From Candidatus Atabeyarchaeum deiterrae (GTDB lineage Archaea; Asgardarchaeota; Atabeyarchaeia; Atabeyarchaeales; Atabeyarchaeaceae), in NCBI GenBank assembly GCA_037310415.1, contig CP147780.1, forward strand, positions 1,856,001 to 1,920,000: a DNA stretch of 64,000 bases, in the 5' to 3' direction. The translations under genes were made by a program, and so were the position numbers. Below are positions 38,719-48,501 of this stretch, in pieces. Position 1 is the first letter of the stretch. Every line of letters begins with the position of its first letter. The notes under the pieces are model-generated. The model saw nothing but the letters and a program-made list of their open reading frames with translations. It was not told the DNA's origin and searched no databases.

Positions 38719-39306
38719 TCACGTCTTTGCAGAAGCCAATTTCTTTTTTTTGGCTTCTTCTATCTCTTCCTCTTCTATCCTGAATGTCTCTGGTTCTTCG
38801 ATCTTTAGGATGTTTTTCAGTGCATTCTGATCCAAGTCGACTATGAGCCTCCGTATCTCCTTCTTCGCAGAGATTCTGTGCTTTCTCAGGACATCGTTCT
38901 CGTTGCGCGTCTTGTACATTTTGCTTGCGAGTGAGCAAATGGTTTCGAGCTTAAGATAGTATTCGAGCCTTTTTGTTTTCGGATTGATGTCGAAAGTGAT
39001 GGGACCAGCAACACAGGTCTCAGGTTTAACTTGATGTATTCTGCAAAGCTTTGTGTTCTTGTCGTAGAAGGTGCAGAAACCGTCGAAGGTTTCCCTAGGA
39101 TGAGTATAGCCGTGTTCGTCGTTAAAGTACGGCGGATCGACTTCCTTTAATCGATGGCTTTTCAGGTAGTCCTCTATGGTTTTTCTTCGGGTGGATGAGA
39201 CGGGTGGCCTTGCATCTTTGCAGCAACTGGCCTTGCATTGACCGCAGACGTCGAAGAAATTGTCTTGCCGTTGACTTTCCTTCGAATCGCTCATATGATC
39301 TTCCAC
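38719..39306 (-). CDS. YkgJ-family (CxxCxxCC) putative Zn/Fe-S cluster protein
   Basis: C.QC.ASCC, C.FY, C.IH.VKP..C..GP. Confidence 0.85.
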   Translation of the reverse strand: MEDHMSDSKESQRQDNFFDVCGQCKASCCKDARPPVSSTRRKTIEDYLKSHRLKEVDPPYFNDEHGYTHPRETFDGFCTFYDKNTKLCRIHQVKPETCVAGPITFDINPKTKRLEYYLKLETICSLASKMYKTRNENDVLRKHRISAKKEIRRLIVDLDQNALKNILKIEEPETFRIEEEEIEEAKKKKLASAKT

Positions 39307-39319
39307 CTTTGGTTGCCCC

Positions 39320-40522
39320 TCAAAAATAGGGTGTGTTCTTTTGCAGGGCCTTGCTCAGATCGAGATACGTGCTTATTATAGCCTCATGTGTCTCAGCTTT
39401 TTGGGATTTCTGTTGTACTTTTCTGACTATCACTTCAGAGAGATTGCCTTCTTCTATCCTCCTCTTGACGAGCGGAAGGTACTCGTTGTCTTCGTCTGAG
39501 GCGTGCTTAGAGGCCAATCCGTATAGATAATTACAAACATCTCTGGCAGTTGGACCCTTAGGGTGTGCGACAATCGCTTTTCGTCCTTCTCTTATCACTG
39601 AGTTGAAGTCCTTCACAAGTGATTCGTGAGGCAGGAGTTTGGCATCTTGCTCATAGTTGTCGATTAAGCCTTTTGCTGCGCCTCTGATGAAGCAACTGAG
39701 AGCTACGTCAGATCTTATGCATTCCTGTTCATCGATGATTCTTATCTCGACTGCTCTACGATCGAATCTCAGCGTGATGCCCCTAGCATTGATCCAGTCT
39801 TTGTAAAGTACTGATTTGCTCGCTTTTGCTTTCGCAAGATCCGCAGAGTACTTACCGACAATCTTCTTGCGATATTCTTCGATAGACTGAATGTACTCTG
39901 GAATAACATCTCCCGCTATTGACGGAACCTCTTTCTGAATGAGTTTATAGAAATACATCCTATTGTCAACAAAGTCTCCAAATCTGCCCTCGCAAATGGG
40001 TGAGGATGCGCTGATTGCAGGTAAATATGGAATCATGTTTGCCAGAACATTGTGCACGGTCGCGGCTCTTTTTCGTCCTCCATAAGGGAGGTTGAGCTGG
40101 AAGGCTTGAATATTCAGCCAACCATGTTGCCTCATGTTGAAGATGGACTGGAAAACTCTGTAGATGCTTGTATGCCGATGGGGCCAGATCGCAGTCTCTG
40201 ACAAGTCAAGGAGCGGATGCATGCCTGAGCCGAGAAGAGAGGCACCATACTTGGATTTCAAGTATTCTGATGTGAATGCAACGGCTTCACTCAAGTTCTC
40301 CTCGAACAATCTGGGTGAGCGGAATGGTTTTTTTGATTTAAGTTCGAGAACATGCATTTGCAGCTCTTTGCCTATCGCGAATCTGGGGTATTCAATCGTA
40401 TTGACTACCCGACCGTGCAAACCCTTCATTATCTTGTCTGTAATCGGGAGAGCGTGTAGATGTTCGTCGATGATTGAGAACTCATGTTCGGGTCCGAGAA
40501 CTTCGAAGGGTTTGTACGTGAT
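39320..40522 (-). CDS. glutamate--cysteine ligase family 2 (carboxylate-amine ligase)
   Basis: GPEHEFSI.D (upstream of the track ATG), ELQ.H.LE.K, GMHP, SASSP, NARG, EIR..D.Q; apparent non-ATG start at 40522. Confidence 0.85.
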   Translation of the reverse strand: MTYKPFEVLGPEHEFSIIDEHLHALPITDKIMKGLHGRVVNTIEYPRFAIGKELQMHVLELKSKKPFRSPRLFEENLSEAVAFTSEYLKSKYGASLLGSGMHPLLDLSETAIWPHRHTSIYRVFQSIFNMRQHGWLNIQAFQLNLPYGGRKRAATVHNVLANMIPYLPAISASSPICEGRFGDFVDNRMYFYKLIQKEVPSIAGDVIPEYIQSIEEYRKKIVGKYSADLAKAKASKSVLYKDWINARGITLRFDRRAVEIRIIDEQECIRSDVALSCFIRGAAKGLIDNYEQDAKLLPHESLVKDFNSVIREGRKAIVAHPKGPTARDVCNYLYGLASKHASDEDNEYLPLVKRRIEEGNLSEVIVRKVQQKSQKAETHEAIISTYLDLSKALQKNTPYF

Positions 40523-40585
40523 AGATCACCCTCACTGCTTTCATGGCAAGTAGAACATCAAAATTAAGTTGACGGGTTGGCGCAG

Positions 40586-41479
40586 CTAGCTAGCTAAGTA
40601 GTCAATTATCTTGGCGTAGACGTCTCTGTCGTAATAGTCTTCGTATCCGGCGTTGATGCTTGGGTTGTCATTAACCTCGACCACAATATAGTCTCCGTTG
40701 ATCTCTTTTATGTCTACCCCGAACAATCCTTTCCCGATAGATGCACATGCATTAAGCGCGACTTCCTTGAGTTTCTCAGGCGCATTCTCCTTTTTAACTG
40801 CGAAAGCGTCTCCCCAAATGTAACTCTTCTTTCCTTTACGCTTAGATCCGTGCTTCCATTTACCTTTGATCATGTTGTACTTGCAGACGTATAAGACCTG
40901 ATTATCCAGCACTCCTACTCTCCAGTCGAAAGTTGTTGGCATGAATTTCTGAACTACTATTGCATCCGATCTTCTGAAGAACCTCTTTGCTACCATCCTG
41001 AATCCCGTCTGGCTTGCAACTTTTTCGACATACTTTGAGAAGCTTGTGTACGGCGCTTTCAAAACCAGTGGAGAGCCGAACAACTCGAACAGGTACTTGA
41101 TGTTTCTGCTGTGCAGATCCTGCTTGGTAAAGATCACAGTCGGTATGTAAGGAACACCACCTCTTTCGAGGTGACCGTACATGTCTATCTTGTTGGCACA
41201 TACCTCGATTGACTTCGGTGCATCCACGACTTTTAGTCCGTTTTCAGAAGCTAGCCTTGACACCATGTAAGCAGTGTACGTTGGATCAGTTGTTGCTCTG
41301 ATGAATAGCGCATCGTACCCAGTTATCTTGGAGATATCCTTCTTGAATATGAAATTGAATTTGTGGCCCCGTCTCTCTGCAGTCATTTTGAATTTATTGA
41401 GAGCATCGGCTTCATCTTTGCGAAGGAAGTTGTAGGTCTCAACGAAACAGGCGATCTTCTTGGACCCGTTATTGGACAT
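40586..41479 (-). CDS. RimK-family ATP-grasp ligase
   Basis: DALFIR, NK, P.VLK.P, VQKF.P..FDWRVGVL, GVDIK, EVNDNP. Confidence 0.92.
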   Translation of the reverse strand: MSNNGSKKIACFVETYNFLRKDEADALNKFKMTAERRGHKFNFIFKKDISKITGYDALFIRATTDPTYTAYMVSRLASENGLKVVDAPKSIEVCANKIDMYGHLERGGVPYIPTVIFTKQDLHSRNIKYLFELFGSPLVLKAPYTSFSKYVEKVASQTGFRMVAKRFFRRSDAIVVQKFMPTTFDWRVGVLDNQVLYVCKYNMIKGKWKHGSKRKGKKSYIWGDAFAVKKENAPEKLKEVALNACASIGKGLFGVDIKEINGDYIVVEVNDNPSINAGYEDYYDRDVYAKIIDYLAS

Positions 41480-42395
41480 GTCTATTAACCTCCTCCAGTA
41501 CACCCTCTCTAATCAAACTAGAAACAACTGGGCTGAGCTTTCTGCTGTTCTCAAGAGGATCTAATCCACAGAGACATGTGCGATCGCCTTCTCTCTGCAC
41601 ATAGAATTTGAATAATGGGACTCCAAACTCATCGTATATCTTCGATGAGATCTCAGCCACAGTCCGATCACAGATATTGTTGGTTTCGGGGTCAACGGGT
41701 ACTCCGAAAATAGATTTATACGCGAGTGGCTGCCCGAATAATGGCTGCACACAAACGGTGTAACGTCTATTCATAGTCAGCCTTCTCATGATGCCTCTGA
41801 GAGCAAGCTCAGAATTCACTATCCTGTAACCATAGCTTGGAAACGGTGTAACCGGGAAGATCAAGATAGGAAGATCAAACTGTGAGATCACGTCTTCAAC
41901 AGAGTCGGTGACCAGGTACGGCGAGACAGGTATTCCAGCCTTCAATGATCTCAGCAACAAGATAGGGGCCCTGTAGACGTCAAGGGCATCTGAACACTTC
42001 GGAATGACAGGGTTACCTAAGAGGTCAGCATGTAGGGACACATAGTAGCCCATCTTCATGTAGCGATAGTCCCGACTGACATTGACAACGAAAGAACCTC
42101 TTGGCGATGATCCCAGGAACTGCCTTGCGCCTATCGTTCTGACTCCTTCAAGTGACGGAATCGGAATGTCAGAGACGACTAACAAACTTGCAGTCTTGAC
42201 GACGGCTTCATCTCTGATGGAGTTTCTCAACTCATCATGGCATGAATCAGCACACTGATCAACAAAAGCCGACGAGCCAATCCTTATGCCATTGCCGCCA
42301 GGGTCGAGGTCGGAATCCGGGTCAGAACCCGTATCCGAATCTGAATCCGAATCGGAGTCCTCATCATCACCTGATGAGGAATCACCTTCACCCAC
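41469..42395 (-). CDS. RimK-like ATP-grasp N-terminal (RLAN) domain protein with acidic N-terminal tail
   Basis: VN.S.DY.Y...GYYVSL.A...G..V.P motif; Asp/Ser-rich N-terminus. Confidence 0.8.
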   Translation of the reverse strand: MGEGDSSSGDDEDSDSDSDSDTGSDPDSDLDPGGNGIRIGSSAFVDQCADSCHDELRNSIRDEAVVKTASLLVVSDIPIPSLEGVRTIGARQFLGSSPRGSFVVNVSRDYRYMKMGYYVSLHADLLGNPVIPKCSDALDVYRAPILLLRSLKAGIPVSPYLVTDSVEDVISQFDLPILIFPVTPFPSYGYRIVNSELALRGIMRRLTMNRRYTVCVQPLFGQPLAYKSIFGVPVDPETNNICDRTVAEISSKIYDEFGVPLFKFYVQREGDRTCLCGLDPLENSRKLSPVVSSLIREGVLEEVNRHVQ

Positions 42396-42925
42396 TACCT
42401 TTTACACTCCTTGCTTCAGATAGGACATCCAAACGTTCCAGTTGTCTATAGTATATCGACTATATTTAAGCTTTATCTCAAAAATATATGAGTAGGTCGA
42501 TTAATCCTCATGTTCTGCCGCAAATCGACACAAGTTGAGGATCTTGAGTTTAATCTCTTGATTGCAGGCCCCTCAATATTCCGATCAATACAGTATCGTG
42601 AAGTCCTTAGATGATAAACATGTTCCTGTGAAAAGCAAAGAATTCTGGTCCAGCGATGAAGATAGCTCTATAGGAGAGTCGTACGGATAGCGAATCTTAT
42701 TCATGGGATGTCTGGAAATGAGGAACACTAACATCAGCAAGACAAGAGATAGACAAGGTCACGAAATTGGATTATCCACGACAAGTCTCCTGAGACTGTT
42801 CAACAATGCAATGATCCGAGAAAGAGAAAGCTTTTCTATTCGGAGATTACTAAGGATTTGAAAACGACTTACCTTTCTTGCACCGCAATCATCGACCCGT
42901 ACCTTGCGAGCAGGCGAGTAAAGAC

Positions 42926-43918
42926 ATGACTAGTCACATTATTGAGACACGCGACCTGACAAAGAAGTTTGGAACTCTCATTGCGGTTGACCGCCTCAAC
43001 ATCAAAGTTGAGCATGGTGAAGTATTCGGGCTCCTGGGCCCAAACGGTGCCGGGAAGACAACAACTATCTCGATGCTCTGCACGATTCTCAAACCCACCT
43101 CTGGAACTGCTATCGTGAACGGGTTTGACATCATCAAGCAGCCCGCTCAAGTTAGAAAGTCACTTGGGATCGTATTCCAAGAACCAAGCGTGGACGACAG
43201 GCTGACAGGGCGCGAGAACATGGTGATGCACGCCAACCTCTATGGCGTTCCGAGCAAAGTTGCGAAGAAGCGGATCAAGACGCTGCTTAAACTGGTTGAG
43301 CTAGACCAGAGAGCAGACAATCTGCTTCGAACTTATTCTGGCGGGATGCGACGTAGACTAGAAATAGCGCGAGGACTCATACACTACCCAAGAGTACTGT
43401 TTCTCGACGAGCCCACGATCGGTCTCGACCCGCAGACGCGCGAGCATATATGGAATTACATAAAGAAACTCGCGAAAGAAGAGGACATAACGATAATTCT
43501 AACGACGCACTACATGGATGAAGCAGACCAGCTATGTGATCGAATAGCCATAGTAGATTATGGAAAGATAGTTGCACTAGACACACCAGATAACCTGAAG
43601 GCGAGCCTAGGAGAAGAGACCATTACGATAAAGACATCAGAGCCTCAGAAGTTGTCTCAACTGTTGAAAGAGGCCGGGCTTGTTAGAAAGACGACCCTTT
43701 CTAGGAACGAACTGACAGTATACGTCAAGAACGGGCACGAGATCATGCCAAGGATCGTTGAAGCTGGGGCAAACGCAGGAACACGCATCGACTCAATATC
43801 GCTTCACGAGCCAAACCTCGGAGATGTTTTCCTCCACTATACTGGAAGGGCGATAAGAGAAGAGGAAGGGAAAGAGTACCATGGCATTACTGCTGCCAGA
43901 AGGAGAGGAGTGAGATGA
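42926..43918 (+). CDS. ABC exporter ATP-binding subunit (DrrA-like)
   Basis: GPNGAGKT, YSGGM, LDEPT.GLD, TTHY. Confidence 0.95.
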   Translation: MTSHIIETRDLTKKFGTLIAVDRLNIKVEHGEVFGLLGPNGAGKTTTISMLCTILKPTSGTAIVNGFDIIKQPAQVRKSLGIVFQEPSVDDRLTGRENMVMHANLYGVPSKVAKKRIKTLLKLVELDQRADNLLRTYSGGMRRRLEIARGLIHYPRVLFLDEPTIGLDPQTREHIWNYIKKLAKEEDITIILTTHYMDEADQLCDRIAIVDYGKIVALDTPDNLKASLGEETITIKTSEPQKLSQLLKEAGLVRKTTLSRNELTVYVKNGHEIMPRIVEAGANAGTRIDSISLHEPNLGDVFLHYTGRAIREEEGKEYHGITAARRRGVR

Positions 43919-44673
43919 CCGAAGCGCGCGCAATCTACACTCTCTGGCTTAGAGAAGTCAAGAGATACTTTCGAGAACGAGTAAGAGTAGTTAGTTCCTT
44001 CGTTCAGCCAGCACTCTGGTTGCTTATCTTCGGATCAGCTTTGCGCGGCACTCCGATTCCACAGTCTGGGTTCACATATCAAGAGTTCATTTTTCCGGGG
44101 ATCGTAGCGCAGACTATGCTTTTCACTTCCATGTTCATGGGTATCTCGGTCATCTGGGATAGGGAGTTCGGTTTTCTAAAGGAGGTACTTGTGGCTCCGA
44201 TATCGAGAAGCTCGATATTCATTGGAAAAATGCTTGGAAACAGCACCGATGCTCTGATTCAAGGGGTTATTACCTTCATGCTTGGCTTCATTATCCAAGT
44301 TCCCTTGAACCTTCTGGTCTTTCTTGCCGCTCTTCCACTGATGATAATGTTGACCTTTGGGCTTGTCTGCATAGGGCTAACTGTTGCGAGCTCGATGAGT
44401 AGCCTTGAGAGCTTCGGCGTTGTTCAGAGCTTCGTAACTTTGCCGATATTCTTCCTTAGCGGCGCTTTGTTTCCAACGACAACCGCTCCGGCTTGGCTTC
44501 AAACAGTCGCCTACTTTAACCCCATGACTTATGGAGTTGACGCCCTAAGAACAGTTGTGCTCGGAGGTGGAATCCCACCACTGTTCCCACTATATATAGA
44601 TATTCTAGTTGTGGTTGCATTCGATGTGGCCATGATTCTCGTCGGGACATGGGCTTTCAGCAGAAGAAAGTAG
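43915..44673 (+). CDS. ABC-2 type permease (DrrB-like)
   Basis: DREFG.LKE.LVAP, FLSGALFP, NP.TY.VD..R; ATGA overlap. Confidence 0.95.
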   Translation: MTEARAIYTLWLREVKRYFRERVRVVSSFVQPALWLLIFGSALRGTPIPQSGFTYQEFIFPGIVAQTMLFTSMFMGISVIWDREFGFLKEVLVAPISRSSIFIGKMLGNSTDALIQGVITFMLGFIIQVPLNLLVFLAALPLMIMLTFGLVCIGLTVASSMSSLESFGVVQSFVTLPIFFLSGALFPTTTAPAWLQTVAYFNPMTYGVDALRTVVLGGGIPPLFPLYIDILVVVAFDVAMILVGTWAFSRRK

Positions 44674-45018
44674 ACCCAGCTGAATTTAGCCTCTATGTGT
44701 GTATTTTGAAGTACCCTACACCACGACGTCTCCGTTAGCGTTCCGGATATCAGTTGCTCGCCTGAACGACTGATGATGAAGTCAGTTGCCCCAGCTTCTG
44801 AATATCCTTCTTTATCCTCTTAGGACCAATCAGATGAAAGCTGAACCTGTTCTCCTCTTTGAGGTCCCTCTCAAGACACTTCCTGCAACATTTTGAGGAT
44901 CGTGGGCCTGTCAAGTCTATAAAAAGGCGCAAATGCCAGTTTGGTGCGTATCGTCCGACTGCAAACAGGGATGCAAGTGGTCATAGCGGATAATAATGGT
45001 ATTAAGCTGGCCGCCGCC

Positions 45019-45053
45019 AGTTCCTCCCCACCTCCAAAGGGCGTGGGCTTCCC
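45019..45053 (-). mobile_element. possible IS200/IS605-family right-end hairpin relic
   Basis: Minus strand GGAAGCCCACGCCCTTTGGAGGTGGGGAGGAA resembles archaeal tnpB-element ends; no transposase nearby. Confidence 0.4.
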
Positions 45054-45147
45054 GCAACAGAATCGTGATTATCGTCCGAAAGAATAGGTGCGGTTTTATA
45101 GGGAGGTTAATCATGAATAGAGTTTGCGACAGAAGAAGAGGTGACGT

Positions 45148-46980
45148 TTGTTGCTGAAAGGATGGAATGGAAAGATTCTCCGTGTCAATCTCACAACTGG
45201 AAAATCAACAATCCAAGTATATGACTCAACTTTTGCATCAAAGTTCCTTGGTGGACGTGGCTTCGCTGCCAAGATACTATGGGATGATCTGAAGGCGGGA
45301 GTCGATCCTTTTTCTCCTGACAACGAGCTTGTAGTCGCAATTGGTCCCCTTACTGGTCTATCGATGCCAAGCCCCGGGAAAGTTATCGTTGCGGCGAAGA
45401 GCCCACTCACGGGAGGGTATGGCGATGGAAACATAGGATCCTGGACCTCAGTCTACCTAAGAAAAGCAGGGTACGATGGCATTGTAGTCAATGGTGCGAG
45501 CAACAAGCCATGTTACATCTACATAGAGAACGACAAAACCGAGATTAACAGTGCAGACGATCTATGGGGGAGAGGAACCTTCGAAACTGAGAAGAGGCTC
45601 CACGAAAAACACGGCAAACAGACAGGTGTCCTTGTCATAGGTCCCGGAGGAGAGAGACTCATCAAATATGCCAACATCATATCCCAGGAAGGTAGGGCAG
45701 GTGGGCGACCGGGCATAGGAGCTGTCATGGGATCTAAGAAACTCAAAGCGATCGTTGTCAGCGGCAACAAGGAAATCCAATTCGCAAACCCAGCCGAAAC
45801 AAAGAAACTCGGAGCAGACGGTTACAAAGACGTCCTCGGTAAACCTAACTACAAGTTCTGGAAGCGACAGGGAACAATGTCGACGATAGAGTGGAGCCAA
45901 GAACACGGAGTACTGCCAACGTTGAACTATAAGGAAGGCTGGTTCGTCAGCGGCGGCGCGATCGGCGGAGATGCAATGGAGAAGATAAAAATAGACAACC
46001 GTGGATGCCCGAACTGCAACATGACCTGCGGAAACGTTGTAAAAGATTCTGAAGGGCAGCCCTCAGAGATAGATTATGAGAATGTTGCGATGCTTGGTTC
46101 AAACATAGGAATAGGAGATCTGAAACAAGTATCAACTCTTAACCGACTCTCAGACATCTATGGTGTTGACACGATCTCACTTGGAAGCGCTATAGGGTTC
46201 GCCATGGAAGCCTCCGAGAAGAGAATCATACAGGAATCAATAAAATGGGGAGACTTCAAAGCGGCAAAAAACCTTTTGGAAGACATAGTAGGTCTTCGTA
46301 CGCCTCTTGGTAAGACTCTGGCAAATGGCGTAAAGGCGGCGGCTCACGAATTCAAGAACGGGTCAGAAAAGTGGGCCATGCACGTCAAAGGACTAGAAAT
46401 ATCTGCGTATGATTGCCACGGAATGCCGGCAATGGCATTGTCATACGGCACTTGCTCGATAGGCGCGCATCACAAGGATGCATGGGTGATTGCTTGGGAA
46501 GCCACAACTGGGGGACCGGGCTATGGAGAAAACAAGGTGGACAAGGTAATAGACCTCCAGAGGCTAAGGGGCGGAGTTTTCGAATGTCTCACAGTGTGCA
46601 GACTTCCATGGGTTGAATTAGGATTTGACCTCGGGTTCTACCCCAAGATTCTCAAGAGCGTGACAGGAATAGACTTCACAATGGAGGACCTCTACGGGGT
46701 CGCCGACCGGGTGTGCACACTCATAAGATCATTCTGGGTCAGAGAATATGGCAAGACTTGGAGCAGAGCAATGGATATGCCACCAGCGAGATGGTTCGAA
46801 GAACCGGCTACCAAAGGACCGCAGAAGGGACAGAAACTCGACAAAAAGCAATACGACTCAATGCTCAGTCTCTACTACAAGAAAAGAGGATGGGACAACA
46901 ACGGGATACCAACGGAGCCAACTCTAAAGAAGCTGGGGCTTGAAGGTGCCGTACTGCAGCTTAAGAAAGCCATGGCTTAG
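45148..46980 (+). CDS. aor: tungsten-containing aldehyde:ferredoxin oxidoreductase
   Basis: ILRVNL, KSPLTG, IGPGGE, GAVMGSK.LKA, C..C...C, EYE-like DYEN, D.YG.DTIS, VKGLE, YY..RGWD..G.P. Confidence 0.93.
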   Translation: MLLKGWNGKILRVNLTTGKSTIQVYDSTFASKFLGGRGFAAKILWDDLKAGVDPFSPDNELVVAIGPLTGLSMPSPGKVIVAAKSPLTGGYGDGNIGSWTSVYLRKAGYDGIVVNGASNKPCYIYIENDKTEINSADDLWGRGTFETEKRLHEKHGKQTGVLVIGPGGERLIKYANIISQEGRAGGRPGIGAVMGSKKLKAIVVSGNKEIQFANPAETKKLGADGYKDVLGKPNYKFWKRQGTMSTIEWSQEHGVLPTLNYKEGWFVSGGAIGGDAMEKIKIDNRGCPNCNMTCGNVVKDSEGQPSEIDYENVAMLGSNIGIGDLKQVSTLNRLSDIYGVDTISLGSAIGFAMEASEKRIIQESIKWGDFKAAKNLLEDIVGLRTPLGKTLANGVKAAAHEFKNGSEKWAMHVKGLEISAYDCHGMPAMALSYGTCSIGAHHKDAWVIAWEATTGGPGYGENKVDKVIDLQRLRGGVFECLTVCRLPWVELGFDLGFYPKILKSVTGIDFTMEDLYGVADRVCTLIRSFWVREYGKTWSRAMDMPPARWFEEPATKGPQKGQKLDKKQYDSMLSLYYKKRGWDNNGIPTEPTLKKLGLEGAVLQLKKAMA

Positions 46981-47047
46981 TACATGCTTGGCTGCAATTT
47001 GAGTATCGCTGATCGTTGAAATTAACCCAGCGAAATACTTCCCTATT

Positions 47048-48220
47048 TCACTCTATGTACGGCCTAAACTGCCAGTCATCTATTTCCGAACGGATTCTTT
47101 TTAGTATTTTGAGAGCTTTGTTTTCATCTATTTTCAGCATCAGCTTTCCGAGATGTTTGCAGAATTCCTTTTTCGGGATAACTCTATCCCAGTCGGCGCA
47201 GTCGTGAAGGATGATTCTGTTCGGGATGTCGATCAGAATGTGGTATTCCCGGACGGATGCTTTCAAAACTGAATCAGAAAGCTCTTCGACTGCAACCTCG
47301 TCGTCGTTGATTTCCTTCGCCCTCCTCAACCTATCTTTCCCAGTGAATCCTTCAAGAACCCGTTCGATATCCTCCGTTGTCCACTCGTCGAGGGTTCCTG
47401 GTTCTATTCTCGACTTCTGACCGACTGAAGAGAAGTAATTCTGAATGTGAGTCTTTGCTTCAGCCTGTTCAGGCGTAAGAACCCCCAACATGTCGAGCAC
47501 TTGAAGACAATTCTCAACAGCGTAACCGTGATAGTGGTTGTTGAAGTAACCGTACACCTTGTCGACTTTGTTTTCAACTTCCTTGACTTTCGGCACCCAT
47601 GGTTTCAACTCCTCTTCTTTGTATCTGTAGTCGAACCATGGTCTTCTTCCTCTTCCATGCCACCTGAAGTACGCTATGTTTGAAGTGACGTGGAGTTCTG
47701 GCGGTAGCAAAGGTTCATCAACAATCGTGTAAGCGACCCGATACTTCGAAAGGATCTTCCACGTATCACTCGTGACCCAAGACAAGTCGCGAAACTCGAC
47801 CGCGAACGGGAACTCTTGTGGAAGAATTTCAAAGAAATTCTCGAGTCTCCCAACCTGATCGAAGTTGAACTTAGGAGGAAGTTGGATGAGTAGGCAGCCA
47901 AGCTTCCCACCCTCGAGAAGACGCCGCATCAATTCACAGAACTTGTTGAGATCGTCTTCTACCCCTTGGCTGGGATCAAGTAACTTCTCATGGGTAATCA
48001 GCTGCGGAAGTTTGGCGGTGAAGACGAAACTAGGATCGGTATATCTTAACCAACCATATACAGTTCCTTCGGTTGGATAACGATAAAACGTGGAGTCTAT
48101 TTCCGCTGTCTGGAAGACTCTATTATATGCACGAAGCTTGCTAACTTTCTTGAACTTATAGAAGGGTTCTACCCATTCCTCATAACTCCAACCGGACGTC
48201 CCAAGCGCAATGTATCCCAA
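47048..48220 (-). CDS. DUF72-family protein with C-terminal SWIM-like zinc motif
   Basis: GTSGWSY, EIDSTFY, QLPP, EFR, Y.R.HG, YFNNH; tail HDC.DW...FCKH. Confidence 0.88.
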   Translation of the reverse strand: MGYIALGTSGWSYEEWVEPFYKFKKVSKLRAYNRVFQTAEIDSTFYRYPTEGTVYGWLRYTDPSFVFTAKLPQLITHEKLLDPSQGVEDDLNKFCELMRRLLEGGKLGCLLIQLPPKFNFDQVGRLENFFEILPQEFPFAVEFRDLSWVTSDTWKILSKYRVAYTIVDEPLLPPELHVTSNIAYFRWHGRGRRPWFDYRYKEEELKPWVPKVKEVENKVDKVYGYFNNHYHGYAVENCLQVLDMLGVLTPEQAEAKTHIQNYFSSVGQKSRIEPGTLDEWTTEDIERVLEGFTGKDRLRRAKEINDDEVAVEELSDSVLKASVREYHILIDIPNRIILHDCADWDRVIPKKEFCKHLGKLMLKIDENKALKILKRIRSEIDDWQFRPYIE

Positions 48221-48501
48221 TAGAAGCGCCACCGAAACAAAGTAGAAAGCAGTTCTCACGATATTTAAGTAGTAGCCTAGACGGCAAACCAGGGTTCTCT
48301 GATTCTCTGAGAAGATTGAAATAAGATGGACATGTGGAAGATTAATCAGAGAAATAAGATGCTCGTGGAACTAAGCGACGGGGAATCCTTGTGGGTAGCG
48401 AATATTGGTTTGAGACTTCGAGCAGAGCCAATAGTCTACAAAAAATGCTTAAATACCTACTCGCTGACAGTGGGTAACGTCAGCAGTCTGCTTGAGGGGG
48501 C

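Noticed and set aside
44750-45000. Short minus-strand ORFs between the ABC permease and aor
   Set aside because: Fragmentary, no family recognised
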